DNA of 59,522 nt, filler included, from Dirinaria sp. TL-2023a (Eukaryota), in the NCBI GenBank assembly GCA_051941275.1. It is 3 parts of 3 records of this genome, joined end to end, with 100 filler letters (N's around TTAATTAATTAA, not from the genome) between each part and the next. Parts side by side here need not be neighbours in the genome. Positions count along the whole stretch, not along the records: positions 19,897 to 39,668 come from JAVEBF010000314.1; 2 more parts are not named here. The stretch is one strand, 5' to 3'. The notes beneath the pieces were generated by a model that searched no databases, was not told the origin of the DNA, and saw nothing but the letters and a program-made list of their open reading frames with translations. Shown in pieces: positions 26,381 to 38,220 of the stretch (position 1 is its first letter; every line of letters starts with the position of its first letter). Made by a program: the position numbers and the translations under genes.

Positions 26381-27151
26381 CTACTCGCGCATGTGTATGT
26401 CATCGCCCTCTTCTTCCCTCACGATATGGCTAATTTTCCTCTTCGCTGTGCTCGAGACCACGCCGTCTCCATCATCACCTCCAATCTCCACTACCTCCCA
26501 CTCCACCTTACTCCTTCCATCAGCACTCGTCTCCCCTCCTCTCCTGCGCTTGATTCGACCCATTTCACTTCCCTGAACCATCTCTTCAAACCACGGGACC
26601 CCTCTGCTCTCTCTACCATCTGGCCTCGTCATTGCACTATCAAGATTTGCCGATTCGTGCGCACGCGAATTGCTTTCCGGATCTTCCTCGTCCTCAGCTG
26701 GTGTTGCGAGGAGACCGGCTTCCTCTAATCGTTCTACACTTTCATTCCTCAAGCTGCCAAAATTGACACAGATCCATTCGGCTTCTTCACGGCTTTCCTC
26801 GCTCCAGTGCGAGAGTTGCGTACCGCAAAAGCCGCAGAAGTGGCGCTTAGTGTGAGGAGCATCATAAGGTGTGAAGACACGACGGATGGAGTGGGGCATT
26901 TCATCCTCGTAGTATGCGCGTGTCATGCTGTGAAGTAGGGGTAGAGGAACACGTAGTGAAAGGGTATGGCCTTCCCGTACGATAAAGTCAGCGGAAAGAT
27001 TCAGCAATAAATTCAGACATCGACGCTTACCACTGGAGCCCAGGTTGTCGAACAGGACTTGAAGATGCTGGGTTGCGGAGGGCGAGGTGTATATGAGGTA
27101 TTGGTTCCGGCCACACGAGCAGCCTCCTCTTAGAGGATTTGCTGGATCCAT
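26381..27151 (-). CDS. GFA/Mss4-like (CENP-V-type) zinc-binding domain protein
   Basis: LRGGCSCGRNQY and KRHFCGFCGTQL Zn-ligand motifs. One probable short intron near 26975-27029. The ATG at 27151 is preferred over the longer TTG start. Confidence 0.8.
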   Translation of the reverse strand: MDPANPLRGGCSCGRNQYLIYTSPSATQHLQVLFDNLGSSGKRRCLNLLLNLSADFIVREGHTLSLRVPLPLLHSMTRAYYEDEMPHSIRRVFTPYDAPHTKRHFCGFCGTQLSHWSEESREEAEWICVNFGSLRNESVERLEEAGLLATPAEDEEDPESNSRAHESANLDSAMTRPDGRESRGVPWFEEMVQGSEMGRIKRRRGGETSADGRSKVEWEVVEIGGDDGDGVVSSTAKRKISHIVREEEGDDIHMRE

Positions 27152-27432
27152 AGTGCCAGGTGCGAGTGGTAAAGGTGGACGTGGGCATGGACTTTCTTGA
27201 TCAACCTTGATTGAGGTTCGCTGGAATGACGTTTGAGGTGTGGTCGCAGGGTCCGCCAATCCGGTGTTTTGCCGACAAGCCCTAAATCTCCAAGCAAGAG
27301 CTCAACAAGTCTTTAGTCAGCATCTTCAGATGCTTCACAGCTCACCATCTTGCTAACAATACTTAGATGTACTGGCATTACTCCTCAACGGATGGACTAA
27401 ATGAAAGAGCACGCTCTTAGCCGTGTCCCGCC

Positions 27433-28981
27433 ATGGTACAGAGCTACAAAACACTAAAGGAGAACTTCGTGTCAAACCTTTCTGGTGGGGGTATCTGGGA
27501 GATCAATTATGTGACAGCTGTGGCCCCTGTGAGTGAGATTTGTCTAAAGGGCATTCGAGGTACTAATATTCACGTTCTAGGCAGCCTACCTACTATGGTC
27601 GGCTCTTCAGTCCCGTCAGTCGCTTTTCGTCAACCCAGGACCAACTGCTGTGCTTATAGACTTCCTCCTCAACGTCGTTGGAATCTTACTCGCCACTACA
27701 CTATACGCACCTTCCCCTTTTCTGCTTAATGCTCTGCTTATATTGCCTGCGCTGGCGCTCTGCGCCTTTCCCAAAGCGCCAAGGACACAGCGGAAGCCTA
27801 CTAAGCCACCTACAGCAAATGGAAGTCGTTCGAACGCCGACGCGGAAGGAAAACTCGATTCTCTTCCGAAAAGGCCTTTCATAACAGCATATAGAGGTGG
27901 CATGCTTGTGGTCACTTGCCTCGCGATCCTCGCTGTGGACTTTAAGGTGTTCCCCCGACGCTTCGCGAAGGTCGAGAACTGGGGAACATCCCTTATGGAC
28001 ATGGGAGTAGGATCCTTCGTATTCACCGCAGGACTGGTCTCTGTTAGGCCGCTGCTAAAAGCAAAGGCGAACCGAAAAGCTGTGGGACTACTGCAAAGTC
28101 TTTCCGCCTCGATGAAGCATGCGTTGCCTCTGGTGGTTTTGGGATTGATTAGGCTGTACAGCGTTAAAGGTCTTGCTTACGCAGAACATGTTACTGAATA
28201 CGGCGTTCACTGGAACTTCTTCTTCACTCTTGCGCTCTTGCCGCCATTCGGGATAGTGACTGAACAGTTGTTGTCCCTGAATCCCCGGACCCTTACATTT
28301 TGCGCACTACTTATTGCGAGCGTCTACGAAGTGCTATTGGAGACTACAAGTCTAAAGGCATACATACTCACAGCTCCTCGAATCGATTTTCTCAGCAAGA
28401 ATCGAGAAGGCGTTTTTTCTTTTGTGGGATACTTGGCGATTTTTCTTGCAGGACAAGCAATCGGCCTACAGGTCCTGCCGCGACACTCTCGTAGCGGTTC
28501 AGCATCACCCAAGTTCCGAACCGAGAGAGTAAGGCTTCTGGTGCATTTAATGTTATGGTCAAGTCTTTGGAGTTTGGCCTTCTTCATCTCAACATCGTAC
28601 AAATATGGACTAGGGCTGCAGGTATCGAGACGCCTCGCTAACCTTCCGTACGTACAGTGGGTTGCGGCATTCAATTGTGCCCAGATAACCCTTTACTGTT
28701 TGGTCGAGACCTTAATATTCCCAGGTGTGTACAAAGCCGTGGATCACATAACCGAGAAAAATGAAGTTGAACGAGCAACTAGCTGGGTACTAGAAGCTTT
28801 CAATAGGAATGGGTTGGCCATCTTTCTTGTATCAAACCTCCTCACTGGGTTAATCAACCTAACTGTGGATACTCTGAACATGGGACAGATGCATTCTATG
28901 GGTCTGCTGCTGGTGTACGCAGGCATCATTAGCACGCTTGCATTAGCTCTCGATTTTTTGAATATCTCGATTAAGTTATGA
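27433..28981 (+). CDS. GWT1: GPI inositol acyltransferase (GPI-anchored wall transfer protein 1, PIG-W orthologue)
   Basis: YKTLKENFVSNLSGG, AILAVDF..FPRRFAKVENWGTSLMDMGVGSFVF, EHVTEYGVHWNFFFTL, NREG, VSRRLANLPY and NRNGLAIFLVSNLLTG. Intron 27529-27580. Confidence 0.97.
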
Positions 28982-29165
28982 AATGGCTCACATCCTATGG
29001 ATTCCAATGACATAAGACTTATAAAAAAGTACCGGTACAATGTTGGAGTGAATGGCTCTGCTTCCGGCATCCAGGCCGGCTTTCGCAAGCGCTGTGGATC
29101 TCGCACTAGCCTGCTACCCCTGCGCAATGACCGACGGTGTGAAAACGATGATCAATGATCGTATG

Positions 29166-29438
29166 TCACCGCTCCTCGGCACCGCCCGATTGAGGTACTG
29201 TAGCCAGTGGCAGGAATTGGCGTCGCTCTCCTTCGTTGCTGGATGCTACGCTGGACATGGTGCTGGTACTGCTGGATCTGCGCTTGGACAAGATTTCTGC
29301 GACTTCTTTGGCATTGGCTACACCAGTATCGGCATTGAAGGCGTTCCGGTCACGCCTGGCTTGCTCTTCTGGCCTGACGTAGGCTTTTGCCGGGAGAAGT
29401 TCAAGGAAGGATGAGGGCGACCTTATTGGCGATGCCAT
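29166..29438 (-). CDS. Small hypothetical protein (90 aa)
   Basis: ATG-started ORF convergent with GWT1, with an RRSSS motif and plausible composition. No family recognised. Confidence 0.45.
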   Translation of the reverse strand: MASPIRSPSSFLELLPAKAYVRPEEQARRDRNAFNADTGVANAKEVAEILSKRRSSSTSTMSSVASSNEGERRQFLPLATVPQSGGAEER

Positions 29439-31941
29439 TGTCCACCAACTAGGAAAAATTGTGGGAAACTTTGACGGTCTAGGGATGCTGAATCAAATAA
29501 TACACTGTTGGTGATATTCGTGAAGGTGGAGCTGTTCAAGAAGGGAGAGTGACGATATCAGGAATTATCTCGTGGGAACTTTGAAATTGGGATCACTCTT
29601 CAAGCAGGAAGCTACAGATTTTAAGCCAAATGATGGGGATGCGATAACGAAGGAGCAAGTTATGTGTTCTCCAACAGGTATTCTGACATCTGGCGTGGCT
29701 GTGACGCCTCTGAAACTTGTCTCAGGCCTCACTGAGGAAACCAACGGTGATACAACTTTGCCAATATAACGTCCAGCAGTACTCTTCCCTTTTTAGACTT
29801 TTTAAGAGAATCTCTACATTACCTTATCATTATGACGCTTTAAGTAACGAGGTGGTCTCGAACCGCCACAGGAGCATTTCCAACCTCCGAGTACCGGCAG
29901 TAGAGCAGCCGTACCAGCCGTACTCCGTACTCCGCACCGTGGCTTGCCTTGCTTACCTAATGGAGGTACCTTACCGCAGATTACATACTACAGAGTACAG
30001 TAGAACTTCATGCTTCCAACTCCAACGCGACCGCAGTATTCAACATGTTGCAATCCCACGTCATCGCTTGCCCCATTTTATAATATTTGTTCCAGTGAAC
30101 GAGGACGAAGTGTCTTACGAACACTCTCTACGATGACATCAACATCGAACGTCTCTTCTGGCACGGCCGCAGTCGCAATCGGTCGCTGGTCGCAAGCATG
30201 GTCAGCGTTGTGGCCGAGTCTGCAGCCTCAGCTGCAACTCTACTGCAGGTCACCGATTACACTGCGCGCATCTCTCGATCATCATGCACGACATACCTGT
30301 TGACTATCGGAGCGCCCCTGGACGAAAGGCCACGGTCCGAGTCTCATATCCTGCCGCTAGCACGGCACTCACGGTAGCACACCGCTTACTCAAGACCTTC
30401 GATGGTGATACGACACCGGGTGTTGGTTTCGAAAAGACTGAGAACAATTTCGAAGTTCGATTGTGCTCGACGACACTACTTGAAGACTTTCGAATTTCTT
30501 TTCGACGATTTACTGCATGCGTGTGGGAGGAGTGGGCTGGGGCTGAACCCCACATCAATCACTCGCATATCATATAGGTATGGAGTACTCCATATTATGA
30601 TAGAAGTAGACAACCCACTAGCATCCGAAGCATCCGTCGCCAAGCGCAAAATCTCGGGAGCCAAAAATGCTCCCCCCGCTGCAGACTAATTATAATGTAT
30701 CTCAGATGTACTGGCACAATACTAAGCTCAGAGCGACAGGAGGCAAATAATGCGGACCGAATACTGAGCAACTGACGAATTGACGACTTATGGTGAAGGC
30801 CAGATGGCTAGAAAAGCACCTCTCTATACTGCGAGTCTGCAACCGAGAGTAAGCGTGAAAATTCGATCAAGGTAGATACACAAGATCTGTAACAACACAT
30901 TTTATTCAAGCAGAGTAATCGAATAAAATTCATGCGATGCCATTTGCCGGACACCAAGCGCCGACACCCATTAGTGTTCGAATGGAAGATGACATCGAAT
31001 ACATAGCACCCTCGGCCGAGGAAGCGACTTTTCCATTGCTTCTTGTACACACAGGATGCCACCAAACAATCCCACGCTGCTGCAGCCTTCGCGTGGCTAT
31101 ACAGACTGCCTATCACGTGGCTGAATAAAATTAAATTATGTGACCTCCACTTACGTGGGGTTTCAAAGAAATCATCAATAGTCCTAGTAAGACGAATTTT
31201 CAAACATCGAAGAAACCGCAACGGCAACGTCGTCCAGGAATCTCTGCTGCTCCACGACTGGGCTGTTGATTCACCAAGCTTCGCTTCGCTACAGCACGAA
31301 GGATGATAGTTACATCGGCCGCCTTCTCGTCTACGCAGGACACGAAAATACTCTAAAAAAGACACCGTCATTTACATTTAATATTAATAAGGCTCGCTTA
31401 CCCCTGCGGTTCAATGCAGGTTGATTCTGCAAGTACGCCAAGCTTTGCATCCGCAACGCAAGGATGCATCCTTGCGACAGAAAAAAAAAACCAGAAAAGC
31501 ATGGGGGGGTCAATTCAGCACAAGAATGACAATTGACTGTAAAAAGATTAGATCTGTCATATGAGCTGCTCATATATGCGTCTCCCAGTCTCCCCCCCAA
31601 TCTCCTATCTCTTCTTTCCATCCCCCGACCTGAATGCACAGCGCTCTTGGGATTTTTAGTCCAATGGGTCCTCCCAGCGATCTCACATCATTTCAATCCT
31701 GTGGGAATTGGTCGTATCTCAAGCATACTCGGTCGTCTGTGCTACCTCGTGTACAATAAATGACGAGCGCTCTTCGTTGTAAGACATTTTTTGTCATCCC
31801 TCGCACATGTCAGATACCACCTTATTTTCCCACTCCCATCGGGCTATTGCAGCGCTACTTTTCTTTTCCTTCCGCCTCCTTTGGTCATTAAGTGCCCTTC
31901 GGCCGAGCCTTGTGCCAACAGGCTGGGTCGATTAATTCTTC

Positions 31942-31949
31942 TATATAAA
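31942..31949 (+). promoter_or_regulatory. Putative TATA box (TATATAAA) upstream of the small Cys-rich ORF
   Basis: Canonical TATA sequence about 210 bp upstream of the ATG at 32152, preceded by a pyrimidine-rich tract. Confidence 0.5.
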
Positions 31950-32151
31950 CACACGGCCCTCATTGGAATACTATCCTCAATTCCAGGCAATCAAACACTG
32001 CGTAGATCCAGACTTCGACACAAGCACACTTCTGTAGGTCGTCCGTTAGCATTCGCCAGGGTGGCTATTGAAGGTTATCACAGAGAAGCTAAACACTATT
32101 CGCGCCTTTGGGTCCTCTCGAAACTACAGTCTTCTGGGCGGCGTGGACATT

Positions 32152-32298
32152 ATGTGTGTCAAAATTACACACGAGTATAGCTGCGGCCACAAAGAGATTC
32201 AGACAGCACAATGCGCGCATTCCAAAGCCGGTGGTTGTTCGGGCGAATCGAAGAAGACGGTCAAGCATTCGGAGAAGTGTCCCGGCAAGTGTCGCTGA
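32152..32298 (+). CDS. 48-aa Cys/His-rich microprotein (MCVKITHEYSCGHKEIQTAQCAHSKAGGCSGESKKTVKHSEKCPGKCR)
   Basis: 6 Cys and 4 His in 48 aa, with an MC...YxCGH pattern. It has an upstream TATA box and a consensus intron (GTAAGT at 32301, CTGAC branch, TAG at 32348) immediately after the stop. Confidence 0.65.
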   Translation: MCVKITHEYSCGHKEIQTAQCAHSKAGGCSGESKKTVKHSEKCPGKCR

Positions 32299-34457
32299 CG
32301 GTAAGTCTCGTGTGCCTTTTGAAGCCCAAATCGCGACCCTGACAATAGAGAAGGACACTCGAAGACCACCTCCGCATTCCAGCCTTCGTCCGCTCTGCCG
32401 TGATCCTTGTCCTTGATCACGAGCTTCTTTGGGTCCTCATCATCCTCGACGGGCGATGGTTATTGAGTTCACTTCTTTTTTATTACCGGCATACAGCACG
32501 ACTTGCGCAAGCATTCTTGGGCGCTGGACTCTAGATACCCCTGGGCTCGCAATGAGTCCATGTTCGGTGGCATAAAGAAAGACATACGAAAGGAACCAGG
32601 CTTGTTGGATCGCGGGCGATGTATTTTCTTGGCACGCAATGACTGAATGGAAGGGGTTGTGCTATAATGCTATTAGGCAGTCATTACAGAAATTCGGACA
32701 TGGAAAGCTTCGATGAGCGAGGACTTTCTCAGATGTAACCAAAGATCGCAAGGTTTCTAGCCTAAGGCAGGCAATGGTCCAAGGTCGTCTCATATCCGCA
32801 CCGTTTTCATCCATTGAATTGAAGTGTAGTTTTGTCTGGTCAGAAGGATCTCGGGAAGACTTGCTTCTCACGTTCCACCCCGCCTCGGCACCCAAACCTA
32901 TCTTCTAGCGTATTACAAGATCTTTTATGCAATGCAATGCACGTCTCTGCGCTACCTGGACCTGGTCGACGGGGTTTCGTCCATGCGTTACCAACGACTA
33001 AAGCAAGCCTACAGTAGATGGACGAAGTAGTGGACATAGTACGGAGATCGATGGGCTGAGGTCTGAAGACGATACCGCGCCAATCACTACACCACATCCT
33101 CAAGGTCCGCAAGTGGCGAATATCGTGTAGAGTCTCAGATCCCCCACAAGCAAACATCGCCGACAGATATCGGATCACCAGCCGAGATGGAGCAACCCGT
33201 CGGCGTCGATCATCGACGCCGAACCGCACTGTACGGTGTGGCTTCTTGCAGCGGATCTCGGTCGCTCCCGCCAGGTGAACCATGGGGAAGCAGACTCAAC
33301 GGCGCGGCAATACGCAGACACTAGAGCGAGGCTCAACACCACATGCAAAGAGGTCTGTGTGCCGGGTTATCTTTGCTGCTGTGGGCAAGTAAAGTCACAC
33401 ACAGGATGCTTGGCGAAGGACGGAGCACCGTCGACGCTCTACCATTGCTTGCCAGCTCATCATTCTAAGGTACGAGTACCCCGAGCGCATCGCGGCAGCA
33501 TGGAAAACTTATCCGCTTCAAGGTACGATGACGCCCTTCATCCGACGCGTTTCCTCGGGCGAGATGAATTTTCCCGGGATTTTATCATCACCAGGTCGAT
33601 CGGAGGAGTCGTATACGGGTCGACGTACGTACCTACCCCTATCTTTGTGACTGCTGTTCTACCTAAGCATATACCAAGTACAATGCTGCAGTCGCTGAGA
33701 AGTGACTGCGCTCATACATGGTCCACAAAAGGGTTGGTATACATGGTCTTGGATATGCTCATGTTCAGCACAGTAGTCGTCATACTATCGAAGTAATCGA
33801 TGATTCCCTTGGTAAGATCTCACAGTGAATTTCTCTTCAGAAAGGCCAGCAAAACTGTCTCATTGGTGTCCTTCCCTAAGATCGCTTCAATGAATGTGTG
33901 CAGTGTTGCAATCATTTTGGCTTCTGTTGCTTGGCACGACTTTGATGTCAATGTTTCAGCATGACTCTGAAAGATGGGTTCCAAAACCATACTGGAAGGT
34001 GATTTCACCCGCACATGGGCGTTCACCGCCCATTTTATCGTTCGCTACTTGCGGGAATGATGCCAAGATGCCAGTGTTCTTATTGGAACAGTTGTTGGAC
34101 TCGCAGATGAACCAGATAGTGATCCACATACGATGGATAATTTTCAACACAAAATGGTGACGAAGAAGATCGCCGCGACTTTAACCGTTACATGCCTTCA
34201 AACACGGAGAATATGTCAAGTTTGGAGATCAGAATCAATTATCTCAAAGTCAGTCATCGGTTTTCAGCCGCCGCCAAAGAACAAAGCCATTGTCTCGTGG
34301 ATGAAGAGGCTTGATAAACCTTTTGTAAGTCAACAAAGAAACCAAAGCCAAGCTCCATCCCCTATTTCTTCTCTTGGCCCTCCCGGTCAATGCTCGTTCT
34401 GATACCCTTTTCTCACAAATTGGCAGCTGGTCTGTTCATCACGTGCTTAATCTCAGC

Positions 34458-35366
34458 ATGCGTCTTTGGAATCTGTGTATGCTCGCGCAGCTGGCTGCTC
34501 TGGCCCTGGCTCATCTCAACAAAACCAGACTAGCTAAGAACCTCGACTACCTGAAAGAAGGGTTGGATACGCATTTGCCTCCCGTTAACAGTACCGTCTA
34601 CAAATGGAACTCTGGATGGATCCCCGAGGACTGCAAGCGCCACGTCGAAAAGAGGAACCTCTCAGCAGCGAATTTCGAAATCTTTGACATTTATTATGAC
34701 GACTGCAGCATTCCTTGGACAGTCTGCAAACAAAACAATAGCCAGCAGTCACTCTATGATCTTGTCCAGAACTTCGGCCGTGTGCCCGCGAAGGCGAGAT
34801 CGTGGGTCAGGCACGTAATCGACTTCTCCGATCCGAGGTCACACGTAAACTCTGCAGCCACTGACAATGGCACTATTATGTTGTTCAACCACGTCGATAA
34901 GGGAGTCACGGTCTATATACACGAAACAGGACATGCGCTGGACGGGGCAGCTTACAGTCAAAAGGATCTCCATCTATCGAAATTATGGAGTGACAGCTAC
35001 AACAATGACTCAATGGTGCCAGACGGTTATGCAGGGACCAATTTCAACGAGGACGTCGCGCAGGTGACCGTCGTAGCTACGTACAACTTGAACGTTCCTG
35101 GCGGGTTCCAAAGTGTAGAACCAAATTGGCGCAACATCTACCACCAACAAACAACCCTGGAGACCGAACAGAGGCTCGCGGGTAATCTGCTGATTCGAGG
35201 TGGTCGATGCATGCAGCGTGTGCCCGCCAGCAAACCCGTACCTACAATGGGAGGTCTCAGCACCACTTCCCTACATAATACAACAGTAACGAGGAAAACC
35301 AAAGGCAACGGAAGGGCGGTATCGAATTCGCGTCTGGTGGATGATCTGAAATATGTTGCCTCTTGA
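34458..35366 (+). CDS. Secreted conidiation-specific protein 13 (con-13)-like protein with an HExxH motif
   Basis: Signal-peptide-like MRLWNLCMLAQLAALALA; GWIPEDC, YDDCSIPWTVC, FGRVP, IHETGHALD and DSMVPDGYAGTNFNEDVAQ. No introns. Confidence 0.8.
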   Translation: MRLWNLCMLAQLAALALAHLNKTRLAKNLDYLKEGLDTHLPPVNSTVYKWNSGWIPEDCKRHVEKRNLSAANFEIFDIYYDDCSIPWTVCKQNNSQQSLYDLVQNFGRVPAKARSWVRHVIDFSDPRSHVNSAATDNGTIMLFNHVDKGVTVYIHETGHALDGAAYSQKDLHLSKLWSDSYNNDSMVPDGYAGTNFNEDVAQVTVVATYNLNVPGGFQSVEPNWRNIYHQQTTLETEQRLAGNLLIRGGRCMQRVPASKPVPTMGGLSTTSLHNTTVTRKTKGNGRAVSNSRLVDDLKYVAS

Positions 35367-35635
35367 GATGGATAGTGTATACCTTATAGAGGGGTTTTGT
35401 CGAGTATGTATTAAATGAGAGGCGATGTACGAGTACTATTGGCGCATGCATGGGAAAAAGGGGTCAGGGTGGTAAGGGAAACCTCGGATATAGCCGGAGT
35501 TTACACTGTATGACTAATCCAATTCTATCTACCTTACATACTGTACCTTAGATACTACTTCCATTTGGAAGAACTTGATGTGTGCAAGCACTTAAGGGAA
35601 GAGTATCTTACTTCCTTTTGCGCCTTAAAAATGTA

Positions 35636-36886
35636 ATGTCAATTGAAATCGACTGGGAGGGTCTCAGCACCGGTGCCGAGGGTTCTGAGCTCGCAGAGTC
35701 CATCCGGAGTTTCATCGACGATAAATTCCAGCAGGTGCATCTGCCGGGCTTCATTCGCTCCGTCCGTGTCCATTCATTCCATTTCGGAAAGGAGTGCCCT
35801 GTGGTGGAGCTGAAGGATATCAGTGACCCGCTACCAGAATTCTACGAAGATGAAGACAGTAGTGAGGATGACGGCGGAGTCGCGGAAGACATCGAGCCCC
35901 CTCCTGAGCCTTCTCGCCATTCTCGAGCAGGCGCCATGAAGGACGGCGCAACTCACGATGCATTCAAGCGTCCAGCGCTTATTGATACTCGCCTACACGG
36001 TCACAAACCAAATGTTCTGGCCTCGGAGCACATAGCAACCCCTTTGCTTCCCCGCTCTGGCACTCCTGGCATCCCCGGCGGTACCTCTAATCTAAGCTAC
36101 TTCCACCTGCCCCTCAGCGCCGGCCTGTCCGGTTCACAAACACCCCTGGCAGCAGTAGCAGGAGGCTCGCCCTTTTCCACTTGGCCCGACCACCATTTCC
36201 CGCCTCCCCCTCTCCAATCACGGTCCCATTCTCCACAACGCAACGTCGAGCTCTCCGCTGACCCATCATCTCGCCCGTCGACCTCGGACTCCTACCGTCA
36301 TGCTCTCCCTTCTGCGGACTCAGCCGGCAGGACCGAGCCCCCAACCCAGAACACTGCACGATCCGAGCCTTCCCCACTTGACACGCAGATTACCCTTCAT
36401 ATCACCTATACTGGTTCCGTCTCCCTGACACTCACGGCGTCGCTGCTGCTCGACTACCCGATGTCTTCATTCGCGTCCATCCCGCTCAAGCTCTCAATCA
36501 CGGGTCTTAGCTTCGACGGTGTTGCCCTTCTCGCTTATTTGCGGAAGAGAGCCCATTTCTGCTTTCTGGGCAGGGAGGATGCAGAGGTCCTAGTAGGTGC
36601 CGATGGTACGGGTAATATTATCGGCAGCAGTGGTGATGGTGGCAGCGCGAGGAAGGAGAATGCGACTGGTGGAAGAAGAGGTGTGGTTAATAAGGGAAAC
36701 ATTGATAATAACAAGCTTGGAGGCCTGATCCGGGAGATCCGTGTGGAAAGCGAGATCGGGAAGCGCGAAGGCGCGAAACAGAGTTTGAAGAACGTGGGCA
36801 AAGTGGAGAAATTCGTCGTGGAACAGGTCCGACGTATATTTGAGGAGGAATTCGTGTGGCCAAGTTGGTGGACCTTTTTGGTGTAA
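35636..36886 (+). CDS. MDM12: Mitochondrial distribution and morphology protein 12 (ERMES subunit)
   Basis: MSIEIDWE...FIDDKFQQVHLPGFIRSVRVHSFHFG, LKDISDPLPEFYE, LDYPMSSF and LKNVGKVEKFVVEQVRRIFEEEFVWPSWWTFLV*. Confidence 0.96.
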   Translation: MSIEIDWEGLSTGAEGSELAESIRSFIDDKFQQVHLPGFIRSVRVHSFHFGKECPVVELKDISDPLPEFYEDEDSSEDDGGVAEDIEPPPEPSRHSRAGAMKDGATHDAFKRPALIDTRLHGHKPNVLASEHIATPLLPRSGTPGIPGGTSNLSYFHLPLSAGLSGSQTPLAAVAGGSPFSTWPDHHFPPPPLQSRSHSPQRNVELSADPSSRPSTSDSYRHALPSADSAGRTEPPTQNTARSEPSPLDTQITLHITYTGSVSLTLTASLLLDYPMSSFASIPLKLSITGLSFDGVALLAYLRKRAHFCFLGREDAEVLVGADGTGNIIGSSGDGGSARKENATGGRRGVVNKGNIDNNKLGGLIREIRVESEIGKREGAKQSLKNVGKVEKFVVEQVRRIFEEEFVWPSWWTFLV

Positions 36887-37172
36887 ATTTTGCGAGAATG
36901 AAGGGTCACAGTGCTGAATCAGATAATGGCAGCTGTCCCTGTCAACTTCTACTCACAAGGAAGCGTCGCATGGTAGCGCCTGTGACTCATCAAGCCAAAG
37001 CAACATTTCGAGGGTCTATGAAGCTTTCCTATAGCTTGTTCCTTGTCGGCGGTGGGCTATTGCGGTCTAACTTGACCAATTTGAATAATACTGCTTGGAG
37101 CGAGGAACGGCTTTCTAGGGCCTTGTGCTTTACGAACTCCCCTCATCGTGGAACACTTTAAGCTTTTGGGTA

Positions 37173-37970
37173 TCATGTCTCGTCCTTGTTTACCTTGGAG
37201 GTGTTCGTGGTCCTGGTAAGCTCAATCTTCCTCTCTGTTTTTGTTGCTGGCTTGCGGCTATCTTTTTCTTTCTGCACCGTGGTGCTTGTGACCTCAAACT
37301 TCCCATCCGCTCTTCCAGAAGGCTTCTTCTGCACATTGTCGTCTTCCTTCTTGGCCTCATTCGGCTCTTCGAGAAATTTCCTCTCCAGACTTACATTCAA
37401 TATCCTGCTGTTGCCGACGTCTCCGACCTTGCCATTATCATCCTCCCATCTCAATTCCCATCCTTCGCCCGTTTCCACCGCTACCGCGCCCTCGACCTTA
37501 TCATACGTTATCCCACCAGCGCCGCCTTCTTCGCCAGCTTCGAAACCCCACGGCCCGACATGATGGTCTATGCTCGCAGTACGATTGCCATACTTGAGCT
37601 CCCGCGTAGCTTTGTCCACATAGATCCAGTTCAACGCGGGAGGATTATCGGATATGAAGGACACTAGGCCGAGTGGAGCTGGTGTACGGGCAGGGTCGGG
37701 GTATGAGATATAAAAGCCGGTGAATGGAAAAGAGGATGGAGGATGGGGTGGCTTGGAAATGTACAGCTTCTCGTTCCTCAATACTACATGGCCACCGTGG
37801 ATCTCACCACGCTTTCGACTCGGCGCGTCGCAATAGCATTCGAGCGCAAATTTGCGCATGAGCTCTTCATCATTGGCGGGGGACGCTTTCTCCTTGTCCC
37901 GCGAGGAGATGCCTTCTGCGACGCCGATCGTGGTGGGGATGGCAGCTATCGTGAGGAGACCAAGTACCAT
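37173..37970 (-). CDS. Conserved-looking fungal hypothetical protein
   Basis: 265-aa ATG ORF with a hydrophobic N-terminus (MVLGLLTIAAIPTTIGVAEGIS) and the segment GLVSFISDNPPALNWIYVDKATRELKYGNR. Confidence 0.75.
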   Translation of the reverse strand: MVLGLLTIAAIPTTIGVAEGISSRDKEKASPANDEELMRKFALECYCDAPSRKRGEIHGGHVVLRNEKLYISKPPHPPSSFPFTGFYISYPDPARTPAPLGLVSFISDNPPALNWIYVDKATRELKYGNRTASIDHHVGPWGFEAGEEGGAGGITYDKVEGAVAVETGEGWELRWEDDNGKVGDVGNSRILNVSLERKFLEEPNEAKKEDDNVQKKPSGRADGKFEVTSTTVQKEKDSRKPATKTERKIELTRTTNTSKVNKDET

Positions 37971-38220
37971 GTTGACTAAGATTGGAGATAGGAACTACAA
38001 CTAGATTACAAGATATGTACAGAAATAGGTATAGTACAGTATCGTATAAAGTAATCGCCTCAGACTCGGCTGATCAATGAGGGGATGATGGCAAGTAATG
38101 GGACAGACACAGTGAGAGACGTAAGCTACGTAACTGCAGCCATAGGGCTGACACACAGTGTGGGGGATCGACGGCCATATCAAGCTTCCTCCACCACCCC
38201 TCGACCCATCGCAATCAGTG

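Noticed and set aside
30010..30689. Three overlapping plus-strand ORFs that could be a decayed gene
   Set aside because: No family recognised and no convincing splice path; a blastx search would be needed.
33236..34402. ORFs of 60-186 aa on both strands
   Set aside because: Atypical composition, mostly non-ATG starts and no domains; cannot be supported.
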